A DNA stretch of 56,081 nt from a virus (lineage: Duplodnaviria > Caudoviricetes), in IMG/VR virus record IMGVR_UViG_3300008267_000119, positions 1 to 56,081 of that record. One strand, 5' to 3'. Positions 1-10,096 of the stretch are shown in pieces; within the stretch, counting starts at the first letter, position 1, and each line of letters begins with the position of its first letter. Both the position numbers and the translations under genes were made by a program. The notes under the pieces are model-generated. The model was not told the DNA's origin. It saw nothing but the letters and a program-made list of their open reading frames with translations, and did no database searches.

Positions 1-312
1 TGTTTCGTTTACAAATATTTGGTCCTCCAATGTTTGTCTATTAACTTCCATATGTGAATGGATGTTATTTACAATTATATCGTAGGCTTTAGGGTGTATT
101 GATTTTGAGAAAGAAAACTTAGTGTTTGTAATTTGTACTCCATTCTCCTTTAGTAGTACATAGTAGTGGTTAGGTTCATTGATAAGGAAGTACTTATCAG
201 TAAGAGGTGTCATTTTTAATGACGTCTTAGGATGATCTAATAACTTATTTACAATATCAATAAATTGTTGCTCTTGTGCTGTAGGTGTGTACTTGAAAAA
301 TCTTTGGAACAT
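1..312 (-). CDS. hypothetical protein, truncated by the window edge
   Basis: ATG at 312 in the recurrent AAAGTTATG context; frame MFQRFFKYTPTAQEQ... appears open to base 1 (not in the ORF track). Confidence 0.7.
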   Translation of the reverse strand, partial: MFQRFFKYTPTAQEQQFIDIVNKLLDHPKTSLKMTPLTDKYFLINEPNHYYVLLKENGVQITNTKFSFSKSIHPKAYDIIVNNIHSHMEVNRQTLEDQIFVNET

Positions 313-317
313 AACTT

Positions 318-560
318 TTATTTTTTAATTAATACTTGTTTAATTCTATCAAATAATTTATCTAAATCTTCTGTTGAGTCTATTGACCACTTCTCTGTTT
401 TTAGTACGTAGAAGCAACCATCGTCTCTATCTATTCCTAAAGATGATTCACATTCAATTGTTAAAAATTCAGCTTCATCTGAATGTGATATACAATTCCC
501 TCCTTGAGAGAACTCAAATGTTGCTCTTTCTAATAATACCCCTTGTTCTTCCATAACCAT
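318..560 (-). CDS. hypothetical protein
   Basis: 80-aa ORF directly downstream of the promoter at 574-607. Confidence 0.75.
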   Translation of the reverse strand: MVMEEQGVLLERATFEFSQGGNCISHSDEAEFLTIECESSLGIDRDDGCFYVLKTEKWSIDSTEDLDKLFDRIKQVLIKK

Positions 561-573
561 TTATTTTAATTTA

Positions 574-614
574 TACTTAAATATACGAAAAAGACTCACA
601 TATGCAAGCCTTTT
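574..614 (-). promoter_or_regulatory. Bacteroidota-type promoter (TTG-N19-TATATTTA-AGTAT) overlapping a terminator hairpin
   Basis: Minus strand reads AAAAGGCTTGCATATGTGAGTCTTTTTCGTATATTTAAGTAT; resembles the Flavobacterium -33 TTG / -7 TAnnTTTG consensus. Confidence 0.7.
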
Positions 615-620
615 GTTGAT

Positions 621-1016
621 TTATTTTACAATAATTTTATATCCAGTATCTATACGTTCAAAATCCTTAACTGTACAATCTTTAAATCCAAAACTAGTTA
701 AAGGCATGCCTGTTGATATGTAAGGACCTCCTGAGGGATCTACCATACTAATTTTATTAGTTATTGAGTCTACCATCCTAACGTACTTATCTCCTAAAAT
801 ATATTCTCTTTTTACATCATCATATTTATGAACTTCACTTTTAAATTCTTCAAGTTCAATATCTCCTCCATCTCTTAGATATTCGGCATAAGCTCTTGCA
901 TAGTCGTTTGGCATGCCAAATCGACACCATTTAAAATCACCTTCCCATAGTATATTTCCTTCAGCATCTTGAGTAAAGGTATACTCATCTTTGTATCTGT
1001 TTATGTATTTTTTCAT
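621..1016 (-). CDS. hypothetical protein
   Basis: 131-aa ORF with ATGA overlap with the upstream gene. Confidence 0.8.
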   Translation of the reverse strand: MKKYINRYKDEYTFTQDAEGNILWEGDFKWCRFGMPNDYARAYAEYLRDGGDIELEEFKSEVHKYDDVKREYILGDKYVRMVDSITNKISMVDPSGGPYISTGMPLTSFGFKDCTVKDFERIDTGYKIIVK

Positions 1017-1303
1017 AATCCTTTTTCTTTTTTATACATTTCTAATAACTCTTTTGTTAAATAGGTTTCATCATACTTACTTTTAGCGTGAAGCATTTCT
1101 CCATCAACATTTCTGTTTTTATCACGATACTTTGTGCACCACTCTGCAAATTCAATAGCAAAATCATCTGCTATACGTTCAATCCTAATAGAATCATCCA
1201 TTGCCTGTTCACAACCTTCTGGAGTTCCATCATTGGTTCTGTTAGCGTAGATTCTATATCTTAGAGTTTTAAATAAGTTATTTATCTCTTTAGCACCCCT
1301 CAT
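1013..1303 (-). CDS. hypothetical protein, paralog of 1600-1851
   Basis: Shares ADDFAIxFAxW and C-terminal LLExYKKEKGL with 1600-1851. Confidence 0.75.
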   Translation of the reverse strand: MRGAKEINNLFKTLRYRIYANRTNDGTPEGCEQAMDDSIRIERIADDFAIEFAEWCTKYRDKNRNVDGEMLHAKSKYDETYLTKELLEMYKKEKGL

Positions 1304-1306
1304 GAC

Positions 1307-1603
1307 CTATTGCTTTCTATAAAGTGTCTTTAATTCAATATCTGATTTTGGTATACGAGACTTTAAGTAAGTTATAATTTCACGAGCTCTACCAACTGGG
1401 TCTGTTTCATTCTTTAGTATAAAAACATACTCTCTTCTTATTTCACCTTTCTTTTCTTGTAGCTTAACAGCTTCAAGATATCCAATTTCAACTCCTTTAT
1501 GGTAAAGAATGTTATCATTGATTGTATAATCAACGTTACTGATTTCACTTGTTGATTTGCAAGATGCAAATATCAATACTAATAATATAACTAACTTTTT
1601 CAT
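1307..1603 (-). CDS. putative lipoprotein
   Basis: Signal peptide with lipobox MKKLVILLVLIFAS-C. Confidence 0.7.
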   Translation of the reverse strand: MKKLVILLVLIFASCKSTSEISNVDYTINDNILYHKGVEIGYLEAVKLQEKKGEIRREYVFILKNETDPVGRAREIITYLKSRIPKSDIELKTLYRKQ

Positions 1604-1851
1604 AATCCTTTTTCTTTTTTATAAATTTCTAATAACTGTTTGTTTGTATATGTACTTGTAAATTCATTACTTTCTGGAATAAGCCATAAGGTTATTCCTG
1701 TAGCTTGAAAGCAATTTTCATCTTTCCAATCTGCAAATCCTATAGCAAAGTCATCTGCTACATATTCAAGATTTTTTGCAATATCATCTACAACCTCATC
1801 CATTATTGGAAGGTCCATTATTTCAACTTCTAACTTTTGTTTTAGTGTCAT
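1600..1851 (-). CDS. hypothetical protein, paralog of 1013-1303
   Basis: Shared ADDFAI and YKKEKGL motifs. Confidence 0.75.
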   Translation of the reverse strand: MTLKQKLEVEIMDLPIMDEVVDDIAKNLEYVADDFAIGFADWKDENCFQATGITLWLIPESNEFTSTYTNKQLLEIYKKEKGL

Positions 1852-1863
1852 AACTTTTATTTT

Positions 1864-1904
1864 ATACTTAAATATATGAAAAAAAGCTTACCTAAGCAAG
1901 CTTT
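1864..1904 (-). promoter_or_regulatory. promoter TTG-N20-TATATTTA fused to a terminator hairpin
   Basis: AAAGCTTGC-TTAG-GTAAGCTTT, then T-tract, then CATATATTTAAGTAT. Confidence 0.7.
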
Positions 1905-2374
1905 CTGTCAATTAATTTTAAAAAATCTACTGGTGTATAATCAACTGCCTCACAACAAACATTTATGTATCTTGGATCATCTAAAGTGTTTTCGTGAACA
2001 TGCCCATGGATGTTATACTTGAATCTGAATTCTAGTTCTGAGGGATGTATTGGACAGTGAGTTAGGATTGTACCTTTGTAGTTTATCATTCCTGCTACAC
2101 TGATTACATGTTTAAGAAGTTCAGGTACGTCCTGTCTTCTATCATGGTTTCCTAGAACTACGTGCTTATCTCCTTTCAAAAGATCTAGTAATTCATATCC
2201 AGCTTTCTTTTCCATTGTGATGTCTCCTAGAATGTACACCAAATCCCTCTTACTAATAATAGAGTTCCATTTTTGTATAATATGTTGGTTCATTTCTTCA
2301 GCAGAGGAGAATCCTCGCTTAAGAGCTATGCTGGTATGGTTGAAGTGTAAATCACTTATAAAAAATGTGCTCAT
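1892..2374 (-). CDS. calcineurin-like metallophosphoesterase
   Basis: Motifs SDLHF, LGD, GNHD, THCP and HGHVH. Confidence 0.9.
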   Translation of the reverse strand: MSTFFISDLHFNHTSIALKRGFSSAEEMNQHIIQKWNSIISKRDLVYILGDITMEKKAGYELLDLLKGDKHVVLGNHDRRQDVPELLKHVISVAGMINYKGTILTHCPIHPSELEFRFKYNIHGHVHENTLDDPRYINVCCEAVDYTPVDFLKLIDRKLA

Positions 2375-2419
2375 AACCTTTGCTTTTAAATTATAGGTAA
2401 ATATACGGAATTTATTTTA

Positions 2420-3022
2420 CTAATCCCACCATCCCTCAATATTTTCTTCGATTATTCTAAAAAGAAGTTTATGTGCTCTTTGATGATTCAAATGTGCAAT
2501 GTTCATTGCAATTGATTGTTTATCATCCTCTCTACCTTCAAGACTAAACATACCTTCACCTCTCATTACTTTTTTATAAACTAATGGATATTTTTTGAAG
2601 TAGTCATCATACTTTTCCCATACTGTTGCTGATTCCCAAGTTGAGTAACCAGGTCTATCCTTAACATCTTCAAACCAATGTGTAGTTTCTACATAATCTA
2701 AATATTCGGTTGCATATGCATCGTCTTGTATGTTTTGAAGCAATTTAGTACATATTAGCATTCTACGAGCATCCCTTTGAGCTGTTGTATGTCTCTTCTT
2801 ACCCCCAATGTAACCAGCCTGAGAATTTAATTTATGTTTCAGTACTTCGTAGATAAATGTATGATCGTAGTTTCTATCTTTCCAAATAACTGGAAGCCAG
2901 TAGATGATATTCTTAATACCTTGTCTAATGTTTCTTGGAATATGTTTACCTTCAAATCTCCACCAAAGTTTAATTTTTTCAATAATGTTTATTCTTCTTT
3001 CTCTTTTCTTAATTGTTATCAT
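2420..3022 (-). CDS. hypothetical protein
   Basis: 200-aa ORF, Trp-rich, ends in GWWD. Confidence 0.8.
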   Translation of the reverse strand: MITIKKRERRINIIEKIKLWWRFEGKHIPRNIRQGIKNIIYWLPVIWKDRNYDHTFIYEVLKHKLNSQAGYIGGKKRHTTAQRDARRMLICTKLLQNIQDDAYATEYLDYVETTHWFEDVKDRPGYSTWESATVWEKYDDYFKKYPLVYKKVMRGEGMFSLEGREDDKQSIAMNIAHLNHQRAHKLLFRIIEENIEGWWD

Positions 3023-3026
3023 AACT

Positions 3027-3245
3027 TTAGTTGTTTAAAATTTTTGTTATTATTTCTTGAGGTGTTTCTTTTACTTCTTCTATTATTGTCTCGGATAGTC
3101 TTACTTTAGTAAAAGTCTTTCTTGATTCTATACTAATAATTTTTGCACTGTTTACATATATGGTTTGAAATATTTGAGGCTCAGTCTTTGGACTTCCAGG
3201 TATTCTGAAAGGATTAGCTAGTGTTAATTCAATAAATGGTTTCAC
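3027..3245 (-). CDS. small protein, possibly FlbD-like
   Basis: Pattern FIELT...IYVNSAKIISIE...TKVRLS...VKETPQEI resembles the FlbD family. Confidence 0.5.
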   Translation of the reverse strand: MKPFIELTLANPFRIPGSPKTEPQIFQTIYVNSAKIISIESRKTFTKVRLSETIIEEVKETPQEIITKILNN

Positions 3246-3340
3246 ATATCACCTCCCTTTCTAATTAAATAATTCCACAGCCAAATTGCTTTTGGTCTTA
3301 TAACTTCGTAGCCTAGCCACACTAATACTATTTTTAACAT
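3242..3340 (-). CDS. small hydrophobic peptide (32 aa)
   Basis: MLKIVLVWLGYEVIRPKAIWLWNYLIRKGGDM; follows a promoter-like motif near 3355-3370 and overlaps the next start codon. Confidence 0.5.
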   Translation of the reverse strand: MLKIVLVWLGYEVIRPKAIWLWNYLIRKGGDM

Positions 3341-3390
3341 AATGCTTTTTGTTTGTACTTAAATATATAAAATTTGTTTGAACATTCCTA

Positions 3391-6377
3391 CTATTTTATA
3401 ATCTTTTTTGTATATGTTTTTCCATCTCCCAATGTTAAAGTTAGTATGTAAACTCCACTACTGCAGTTTAGATCTTCCGAAAATGTATTTATGTTTTGAG
3501 TTAACTTCTTACTGATTACAGTCTTTCCTACAATGTCGTGCAAAGCTACTTGTGTAATAGATTGCGAGGTTTCTATATGTAGTGCGTTATTATTTACAAC
3601 TACCGAAAGTACTAATCCCTGAGCATCCACTATATTATCATTCCCGTCAACCATTAGTGGTTTGTATCTTATTTCAAATCTATCGGCTTCTGTTTTTTTG
3701 TCAGTTATAAAAGTATACGGACTGTCTGTTAGTTTATGATACTTATTTAATATTTTGTCAAATAGATAAATGTTTTGTTGTAGATCAAAGATACCTTCTG
3801 CAACACCTAACTCTATTGTTAATGTTTCGCTATTGGCTGTACTTTTTTCGTAAGACAGTGTTACTATGTCTTCATAATTAAACTCTCCTTTACCCTGTAT
3901 TATTAACTTTTCATTTTCTACCAAAGTATTTAACTTAACTACCCAACTTGTAATATTTCTAGAATCATAACCATCATCCAATCCATCTGTGGCATTTGGT
4001 AAATATCCTACTAAAGCTTCATTGTATTGATTCTGGGCATTGCTTATTCTTAGCCAGTACCTGTCTTTAGCATCCTCAGGTGATCTCATTCTAAAAAATT
4101 GACCATTGGTATTTACTCCACCCACTACTGACTTAACTCTATGTGCATTCTTAAATGTAACATCTTTAACTGTTGCCACTGAACCAGTACCCTTAGCTCT
4201 AACCATAAATCCTTGTTCCGAAGCTATGTAGCCATTTGGTGTATCTGAACCTAAGGTTGCTTGTGTTCCTGTTCCACCTGGTCCTACTCCTCCAGTTAAA
4301 TTGAATGTGGCATAGTCAGTTGAGATTGCATTTCCATTGTACTCACCAGCACCTGTGTAGTAAGTTCTCGATGTCCACAGATAAGCCGTCCCCATTATCT
4401 TATCACTATTATCTGTGTAAAACTTTTCAAAACTAATTGCTCCTGGATATGGATTTCCTAATAGTGCAAAGTTTCTAAAGTCATCTGCAGCATCAAAGTA
4501 TTTAACTGATGCTGTGTAATCACCATTTGTTGATACTCCACTCATTATGAATGTTATTGCTCCTCCTCCAGTATTGTATGGTGCTATGTCTTTAACTCTT
4601 GCAATATAACCTGAACCGTTAGTTATTTGATTTTCAGTGCTAATACTTCTCCAACCTAAATAACTTCTACCTGTTCGTAATCCCATCTCTTTTTAGCTGA
4701 TGTAGTTTTAGTTATGTTAATGTTAGGTGTGACTGTGGCAACTCCATCTTGGTCTAGTGGATGATTAACTTGGATTAAACTTCCTTTTGTCGATACGTTT
4801 ATAGTTCCATTATTAACTATTGAGTTAACAACATTTACGTACTTATCATCTGTTATTGTAAGTGTTTTACCGTTACCAACAGTTAATTCGCAAGCATCTA
4901 TACTTCCATTAGTAGCTGTATTGTAATCAGCGTTTAGTCTTACTCTTTCGTTTGTTGTTGGAATTGTTCCTCTTGACCATGTTGTTCCATTCCAATTGTT
5001 AGCAGTTTGGCATACAAAGGTTGCTGTAGCTGCACCACAACTTCCAACAAACCTATCGAAGCATGTTACATTAGGACTGCTTGTTGGTATATTAGAACTT
5101 GATTCTGTATACACTCCAGTCATCTCAGGCTTTGAGATAGCAACACCACTTCCATTGGCAACAATATCTCCGTTACCACCAGTTCCAGTTGGACTTGCTA
5201 AACCTTCAAATTTTATGTTAGCAGCAGTAACTGTATTGTTATGTATGTTCACATTTGTACTAGCGTATAGTGTTTTAAAAGTATTATTTCTAAGTGTTGT
5301 GTTTGCTACTCCTGCATGAAAGTAAATATCCTCTCCACTTATCGCTGTATTAGTTTCGAATGAACATGTGTTAATATTTGCAACAAAAGTCCCAGCACTA
5401 TTTCTTATAAAGATTGCACCACCATCTTTTGCTGCAGTATTGTTTTTGAATGTGCAATCTGAGATGGTCAGGTTTAAATCTTTATTTGAATTAACATAAA
5501 TCGCTGCTCCACCTCCACTACTGTTGGTATCTGATTGAGCATTTCCTGTAAAACAGCTTTTAGTAATACTAACAGTTCCACCACCATAAGCTGATGCACC
5601 AGGTGAGCCATCTCCATAGATTGCAATCGCTCCTCCATTTTTAGCATTGTTGTCGTAGAAGCTACATGAGTCTATTGTTACGTTAGCACCACCTTTATAG
5701 GATACTCCATCATAGAATCCTGTTATGTAAATCGCTCCACCATATAATGATGAAATGATATTGTTATTGAAACTACTATTACTAATGTTGACAGTAGCAC
5801 CACATATTTTTAAAGAACCACCATAAGAAGCTGTACCATCTCTATTACAGGGGAAACTAGCATTTTTAATTGTAACTGATGTAGTAGTACCAGCGATGTA
5901 TAACGCTCCTTGTCCACCTGAACCAATGGTTGTGTAAAGTAAAACACCATCAAATACTATTCCTGTACCTGAGGTTACTGATACTGAAATACCATCACTT
6001 GCGAGATTATAATTTAAAATTGATAGTTTACTTAATTTTGTATCATTAGCTGTTATTACCGCAAACCTATTTGTTCCACTAATTCTTTTAAATACAGTTT
6101 CAACTGTACCATTACCAACAATTGAAATATTAGCTTTATTGAATGTTAAAGCAACTTCATTATAAGTTCCACTATCAACATAAATCACATCACCAGAAGC
6201 GGCTAACGCATATACTGAAGCTAATGTTGCTTTAGGTAAGCTAGCTGAAAGTCCACTATTGAGGTTATTGCCTACTGCTGAACAGATACTTCCTGTTTCT
6301 AAAGGTGATGTACTATCATTTACATACCAAGTTGCTGAATGTCCTATTATGTTTGAAAACAGGATTAGGATATTGAA
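3391..6377 (-). pseudogene. disrupted T9SS-secreted beta-helix surface protein with C-terminal T9SS sorting domain (ORFs 4656-6188 and 3391-4686)
   Basis: GGAI...FxxN repeats; C-terminus SSGVYILTLTLGDGKTYTKKIIK is typical of a type-A CTD; frame is open upstream to 6377 (FNILILFSNIIGHS-ATWYVND) with no start codon; frame break near 4670-4690. Confidence 0.8.
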
Positions 6378-6433
6378 TTAGTTTTTTATATAAATATAGA
6401 TAAGATTGTATCTTGTGGGTACTTATCTGTAGA

Positions 6434-6760
6434 TTATAATTTACTTAAATCGTCCTTTAATCTTCTAAGAAAAGATTCCTCACCATCATCACCGGATAGT
6501 AACCAATCAAATCTCTGAATGTATATTTGGGCTTGTTTAATAACTTCAAGACCTTTCTTAAACTCCTCAACAACCTCTTCAGGATATTCTGTATGGAATT
6601 TATCTTCAGGGTACTTTTCATACCAATTAGAGTCTCTCCAAGTTTCCTCTTTCAATTCCTCTTTGGTTTTCTCTCTACCATTATCCTCAATAAGTTTTTC
6701 AATATCTTCTGCTATATCAGTAAACCTGTACTGAATATAGTCCCAATGTCCTCCGCTCAT
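6434..6760 (-). CDS. hypothetical phage protein
   Basis: MSGGHWDY...DWLLSGDDGEESF. Confidence 0.8.
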   Translation of the reverse strand: MSGGHWDYIQYRFTDIAEDIEKLIEDNGREKTKEELKEETWRDSNWYEKYPEDKFHTEYPEEVVEEFKKGLEVIKQAQIYIQRFDWLLSGDDGEESFLRRLKDDLSKL

Positions 6761-6778
6761 ATTATACTTTATTTAATT

Positions 6779-7012
6779 TTATTTCCAAACTTTAATCATC
6801 ATTCCAATAAAAAAAGAAAGGACAATTAATAATATAACCACAAAATATACAGCAAATCCAATTGGGGGAATCAGACATACCCGGTAGAATGTTTTTTTAT
6901 CCAACCAACTATCCTTTAGAGTGTCCGTTAGTTCATCAGTTACAAAGGTGTTTAACATGAATACTAGTAATGATATAAGTGACCAAGCGATAATAATTAA
7001 TGATGTTTCCAT
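6779..7012 (-). CDS. membrane protein (2 TM)
   Basis: Two hydrophobic segments. Confidence 0.7.
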   Translation of the reverse strand: METSLIIIAWSLISLLVFMLNTFVTDELTDTLKDSWLDKKTFYRVCLIPPIGFAVYFVVILLIVLSFFIGMMIKVWK

Positions 7013-7018
7013 AGTTTT

Positions 7019-7390
7019 TTAGTAGTTTAAAAATTCAATATAATCGTTCTCAATATAAATTCTAAGTGTTTCTGGATAGATATGCAATTGTACAATCTTT
7101 CCTGTATTTTCTTTAATGCACTCTACTAGTTGATAGGAATTTCCCTTTTCGTCTTTTACTTTTTCTGGGTTTGATATCTGAAAATATCTCACTACTGCTT
7201 CATTGACTGTAACGAGTACTTCATTTCTTCCTCCTGGATGAAAGATAGCAACTGCTCTTGATTCTTGATAGGGATTTTTTATATCACCAATTTCTGTGAT
7301 ATACCCTTTATAAGTTCTTACATAAGTATCTGCTTGACAGAAAACTTGTGAACTTACAACTAACATTAGTATTAAAATTAACTTTCTCAT
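7019..7390 (-). CDS. secreted hypothetical protein
   Basis: Signal peptide MRKLILILMLVVSSQVFC-Q. Confidence 0.75.
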   Translation of the reverse strand: MRKLILILMLVVSSQVFCQADTYVRTYKGYITEIGDIKNPYQESRAVAIFHPGGRNEVLVTVNEAVVRYFQISNPEKVKDEKGNSYQLVECIKENTGKIVQLHIYPETLRIYIENDYIEFLNY

Positions 7391-7392
7391 TA

Positions 7393-7953
7393 TTAATTAA
7401 ATTTAGATTTTAGGTTATATCTTTTAACTATCTTTTGTAATCTCTCTACGTATGTTGGATCTCCAGCATAGTTTTGTTTTAAATACTCATAGTACTCTCC
7501 TTCAGTCTTAATGCTAGATAAGTAAGTAGCATAGTAAAGTGCATAATCTAAAACCCCATCTTGCCAAGTCTCATAGTAAGCATGTCCTCTATTTGATCCG
7601 TGAGATAGAGTTGTTCTCTGAAAAGCTTCTTTCATTCCAAACATATTACTGTTTTCTAAAAATATAGGAGATTTAAAATGTCCTGATTCTTGGTATGCTT
7701 GTGCAAGTACGATGTGAGGGAATCTAAAATTTAACTCTTTTATTTTTTTTATTAACTGAGGTTTTGAGAATTGGTTGTATTCTCTTATTAGTATTATTCT
7801 TTCTTCTTGTGTTAAATTTCTGATTGAAGCTCTTGGAGCCACTGCAAATCCTGTTACTACTGCTACAGCTAGACTTATAATTATTATTTTAATACCTAAC
7901 ACGTTTACATTTACTTTTTCAAAGTCTAAAGTTTCTTTATTGAATTTGTACAT
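7393..7953 (-). CDS. membrane-anchored GH73 glucosaminidase-like peptidoglycan hydrolase
   Basis: LAQAYQESG, NMFGMK and YAGDPTY motifs; N-terminal TM segment. Confidence 0.85.
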   Translation of the reverse strand: MYKFNKETLDFEKVNVNVLGIKIIIISLAVAVVTGFAVAPRASIRNLTQEERIILIREYNQFSKPQLIKKIKELNFRFPHIVLAQAYQESGHFKSPIFLENSNMFGMKEAFQRTTLSHGSNRGHAYYETWQDGVLDYALYYATYLSSIKTEGEYYEYLKQNYAGDPTYVERLQKIVKRYNLKSKFN

Positions 7954-7976
7954 ATCTTTTTGTTTTTAAATTTTCA

Positions 7977-8012
7977 ATACCTAAATATACGAAACCTTTT
8001 TTAATTCTGCAA
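7977..8012 (-). promoter_or_regulatory. promoter TTG-N20-TATATTTA-GGTAT
   Basis: TTGCAGAATTAAAAAAGGTTTCGTATATTTAGGTAT. Confidence 0.7.
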
Positions 8013-8171
8013 CTTTTCTATACGATTTGTTTTAAGATTCAATAACATATCATCTCCAACGTATTCGTACTGGTTGCCGTTTATCTCAACTGTTTTTCCG
8101 TGTTTCTTAGCCGTTCTTATTAGTTTAAGTGTCTGAGATGTATCTTCGCAGTAAACTCTCTTTCTAATCAT
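8001..8171 (-). CDS. hypothetical protein (56 aa)
   Basis: MIRKRVYCEDTSQ...; AAGTTATG start context; fills the gap between neighbours. Confidence 0.6.
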   Translation of the reverse strand: MIRKRVYCEDTSQTLKLIRTAKKHGKTVEINGNQYEYVGDDMLLNLKTNRIEKLQN

Positions 8172-8174
8172 AAC

Positions 8175-8447
8175 TTATTTCTTTTTACATTTGTTACATC
8201 CTACATAGTGCATTAATTGGTAAGATTTTATACCATTATTTTCCATATAGTCATGACCATCAGAACCTTGAATTATTTCCCATATATAGTAACTTGCTTT
8301 ACTTGATTCTGGAAATGTAACTGTTGTTTTTGTTTGAATTTTAATTCCTTTTAACTTATCATACTCTGATTTAGAAATTGTAACTGAATCATCACAACTT
8401 ATAAGTGTAAATAGTAACCCCACGGTTATTGATAATACATTTTTCAT
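8175..8447 (-). CDS. putative lipoprotein
   Basis: Lipobox LIS-C; C-terminal HxxxCxxC. Confidence 0.7.
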   Translation of the reverse strand: MKNVLSITVGLLFTLISCDDSVTISKSEYDKLKGIKIQTKTTVTFPESSKASYYIWEIIQGSDGHDYMENNGIKSYQLMHYVGCNKCKKK

Positions 8448-8450
8448 AAC

Positions 8451-8558
8451 TTATTTTTTAAATTGTTTTACAATTCCTTGTGCTACTGATACTGTTACTA
8501 CTAGGATTGCTCCCATAATAAATCCTCCACCTATTAAACCTACTATTAATTTTATCAT
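8451..8558 (-). CDS. small membrane peptide (35 aa)
   Basis: MIKLIVGLIGGGFIMGAILVVTVSVAQGIVKQFKK, downstream of a promoter. Confidence 0.55.
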   Translation of the reverse strand: MIKLIVGLIGGGFIMGAILVVTVSVAQGIVKQFKK

Positions 8559-8575
8559 AACCTTTGTGTTTTTAT

Positions 8576-8618
8576 ATACCTAAATATACGAAGAAAAGCT
8601 TACCGAAGCAAGCTTTTT
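8576..8618 (-). promoter_or_regulatory. terminator with UUCG tetraloop fused to promoter TTG-N20-TATATTTA
   Basis: AAAAGCTTGC-TTCG-GTAAGCTTTT-CTTCGTATATTTAGGTAT. Confidence 0.75.
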
Positions 8619-8644
8619 GTTAATTATTTTTAAAATAAATATGT

Positions 8645-8922
8645 TGCTGGGATATAAAGTCATATAGACAATGTCAAATTCAAAAGCAAAATCAAGGACC
8701 TTCCACTACCTCAAAGGCAAAGTCAAAATCTAAGTCTCAGTTCGCTAGCCAATTTCTTCTCCAGTTATGGGCGACAACCTGTCTAGCTATTGAGTTCTAT
8801 CTCAGTTTTGGTTCATGTTTGTAGGGAAGCGATTTAATAATAATCCCATAAGGATTGTTCAAGTTGCGTTTTGAATATTTTTCAGTTTATCATATATAAT
8901 TGAAAAACTTTACTACCCAGCA
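8645..8922 (-). ncRNA. candidate 278-nt structured ncRNA with hexamer repeats
   Basis: No ORF of 60 aa or more; ends are inverted repeats (13 of 16 nt); two blocks of five TTTGNN-like hexamers. Confidence 0.5.
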
Positions 8923-8948
8923 TAAAGCCTTAGAGGATCAGCTTGTGC

Positions 8949-9158
8949 TTACCTCTTTGGCACCATACTATTTCTTGTTCCATGTTCGTCTGCATATCCA
9001 ACAAAGTCTGCGTAGTCCATTAAGCTATCTTTGATATGGATTATAAAGTCCGCATCACCATCTACAGTAATGCAACAATCCTCTACCTTAATCATTGCAA
9101 CTTTGTATCCAAACTTATTTGCTAACCACTTTACTAATGTTCTTGTAATCCTTTCCAT
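8949..9158 (-). CDS. hypothetical protein
   Basis: 69-aa ORF in operon. Confidence 0.65.
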   Translation of the reverse strand: MERITRTLVKWLANKFGYKVAMIKVEDCCITVDGDADFIIHIKDSLMDYADFVGYADEHGTRNSMVPKR

Positions 9159-9168
9159 ATTATTTTAT

Positions 9169-9375
9169 TTAAAAATCTAATAATAAACGACCTCTTCCAC
9201 TTTCGTACCACTTCTTAATACTTCCAGCTTCTTCTATTTGCTGGTTTGATTCAGCTTCCACTTTTCTATAAACTTCGTGCCATTTATCTTTTACTTCTTG
9301 AGAATCATCTTCTCTATAAGTTCCTGAAGATAGACATAGCTCTTCTAACTCTTTTTGATCTAAAATACTTATCAT
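9169..9375 (-). CDS. hypothetical protein
   Basis: 68-aa ORF in operon. Confidence 0.7.
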   Translation of the reverse strand: MISILDQKELEELCLSSGTYREDDSQEVKDKWHEVYRKVEAESNQQIEEAGSIKKWYESGRGRLLLDF

Positions 9376-9376
9376 A

Positions 9377-10077
9377 TTATTGTAATTGATCTAAAAATCC
9401 GTTTATAGTTCCTTGAAATCTTTGTGGTACTTCAATCTTCAAATTAACAGCTTCTTGGATTCTACCTTGACGCTTTTCTTCAAACTCATGTTTGGCTTTA
9501 CGTTCGTCTGCTGTCCATTGCTCGTATGCTATTTTATAAGCATTTACTGTGTCTGAGTTTTGTTTGTTAACTCTAGCTTGAATATCACCTCTCTCTTTTT
9601 GCACTTTAGCATTTTGAGTAGTAACTGAGTTCTTTACTTTAGATTTAAAGTAATTTACTTTTTGCTCATACCCTCTGTGTAGAGCTGCTAACTCTTCATG
9701 GATTTCAAGCAATTGTGCAGGTGTGTGGTGTACAGATATTTTAAGTGGAGTTCAGGAGATTCTGGAGCTTTTACCTCATATTTAAAGTTATCTGATTTGA
9801 TATCATTAATCAATTCATCCTTAGCTTTGATGTTCTCCATCAAAAATGCTTGAGTGGCAGATAATCTTGCTTTAGCAGTTAGTAACTCTACTACGTTTGT
9901 TGGGATTGGGTGACCTTTAGTCTCAACGTAGGTATCTGTACCTATAGTTAATTCTTTTGAGACATTGTTAATGTCTGCTAATTGTGCTGCAATATCTTTT
10001 GCCCTTTGATTGCAAAGGTTAGAGATTGAAGCTGCTTGAGACATTGATAACCCTTTTGATGCTAACGAATTTTTCAT
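9377..10077 (-). pseudogene. coiled-coil protein split by a frame break near 9690-9750 (ORFs 9688-10077 and 9377-9712)
   Basis: Downstream frame is open from about 9751 (TPLKISVHHTPAQLLEIHEE) with only a TTG start and overlaps the upstream ORF. Confidence 0.6.
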
Positions 10078-10096
10078 AACTATGATTTAAAATTAT

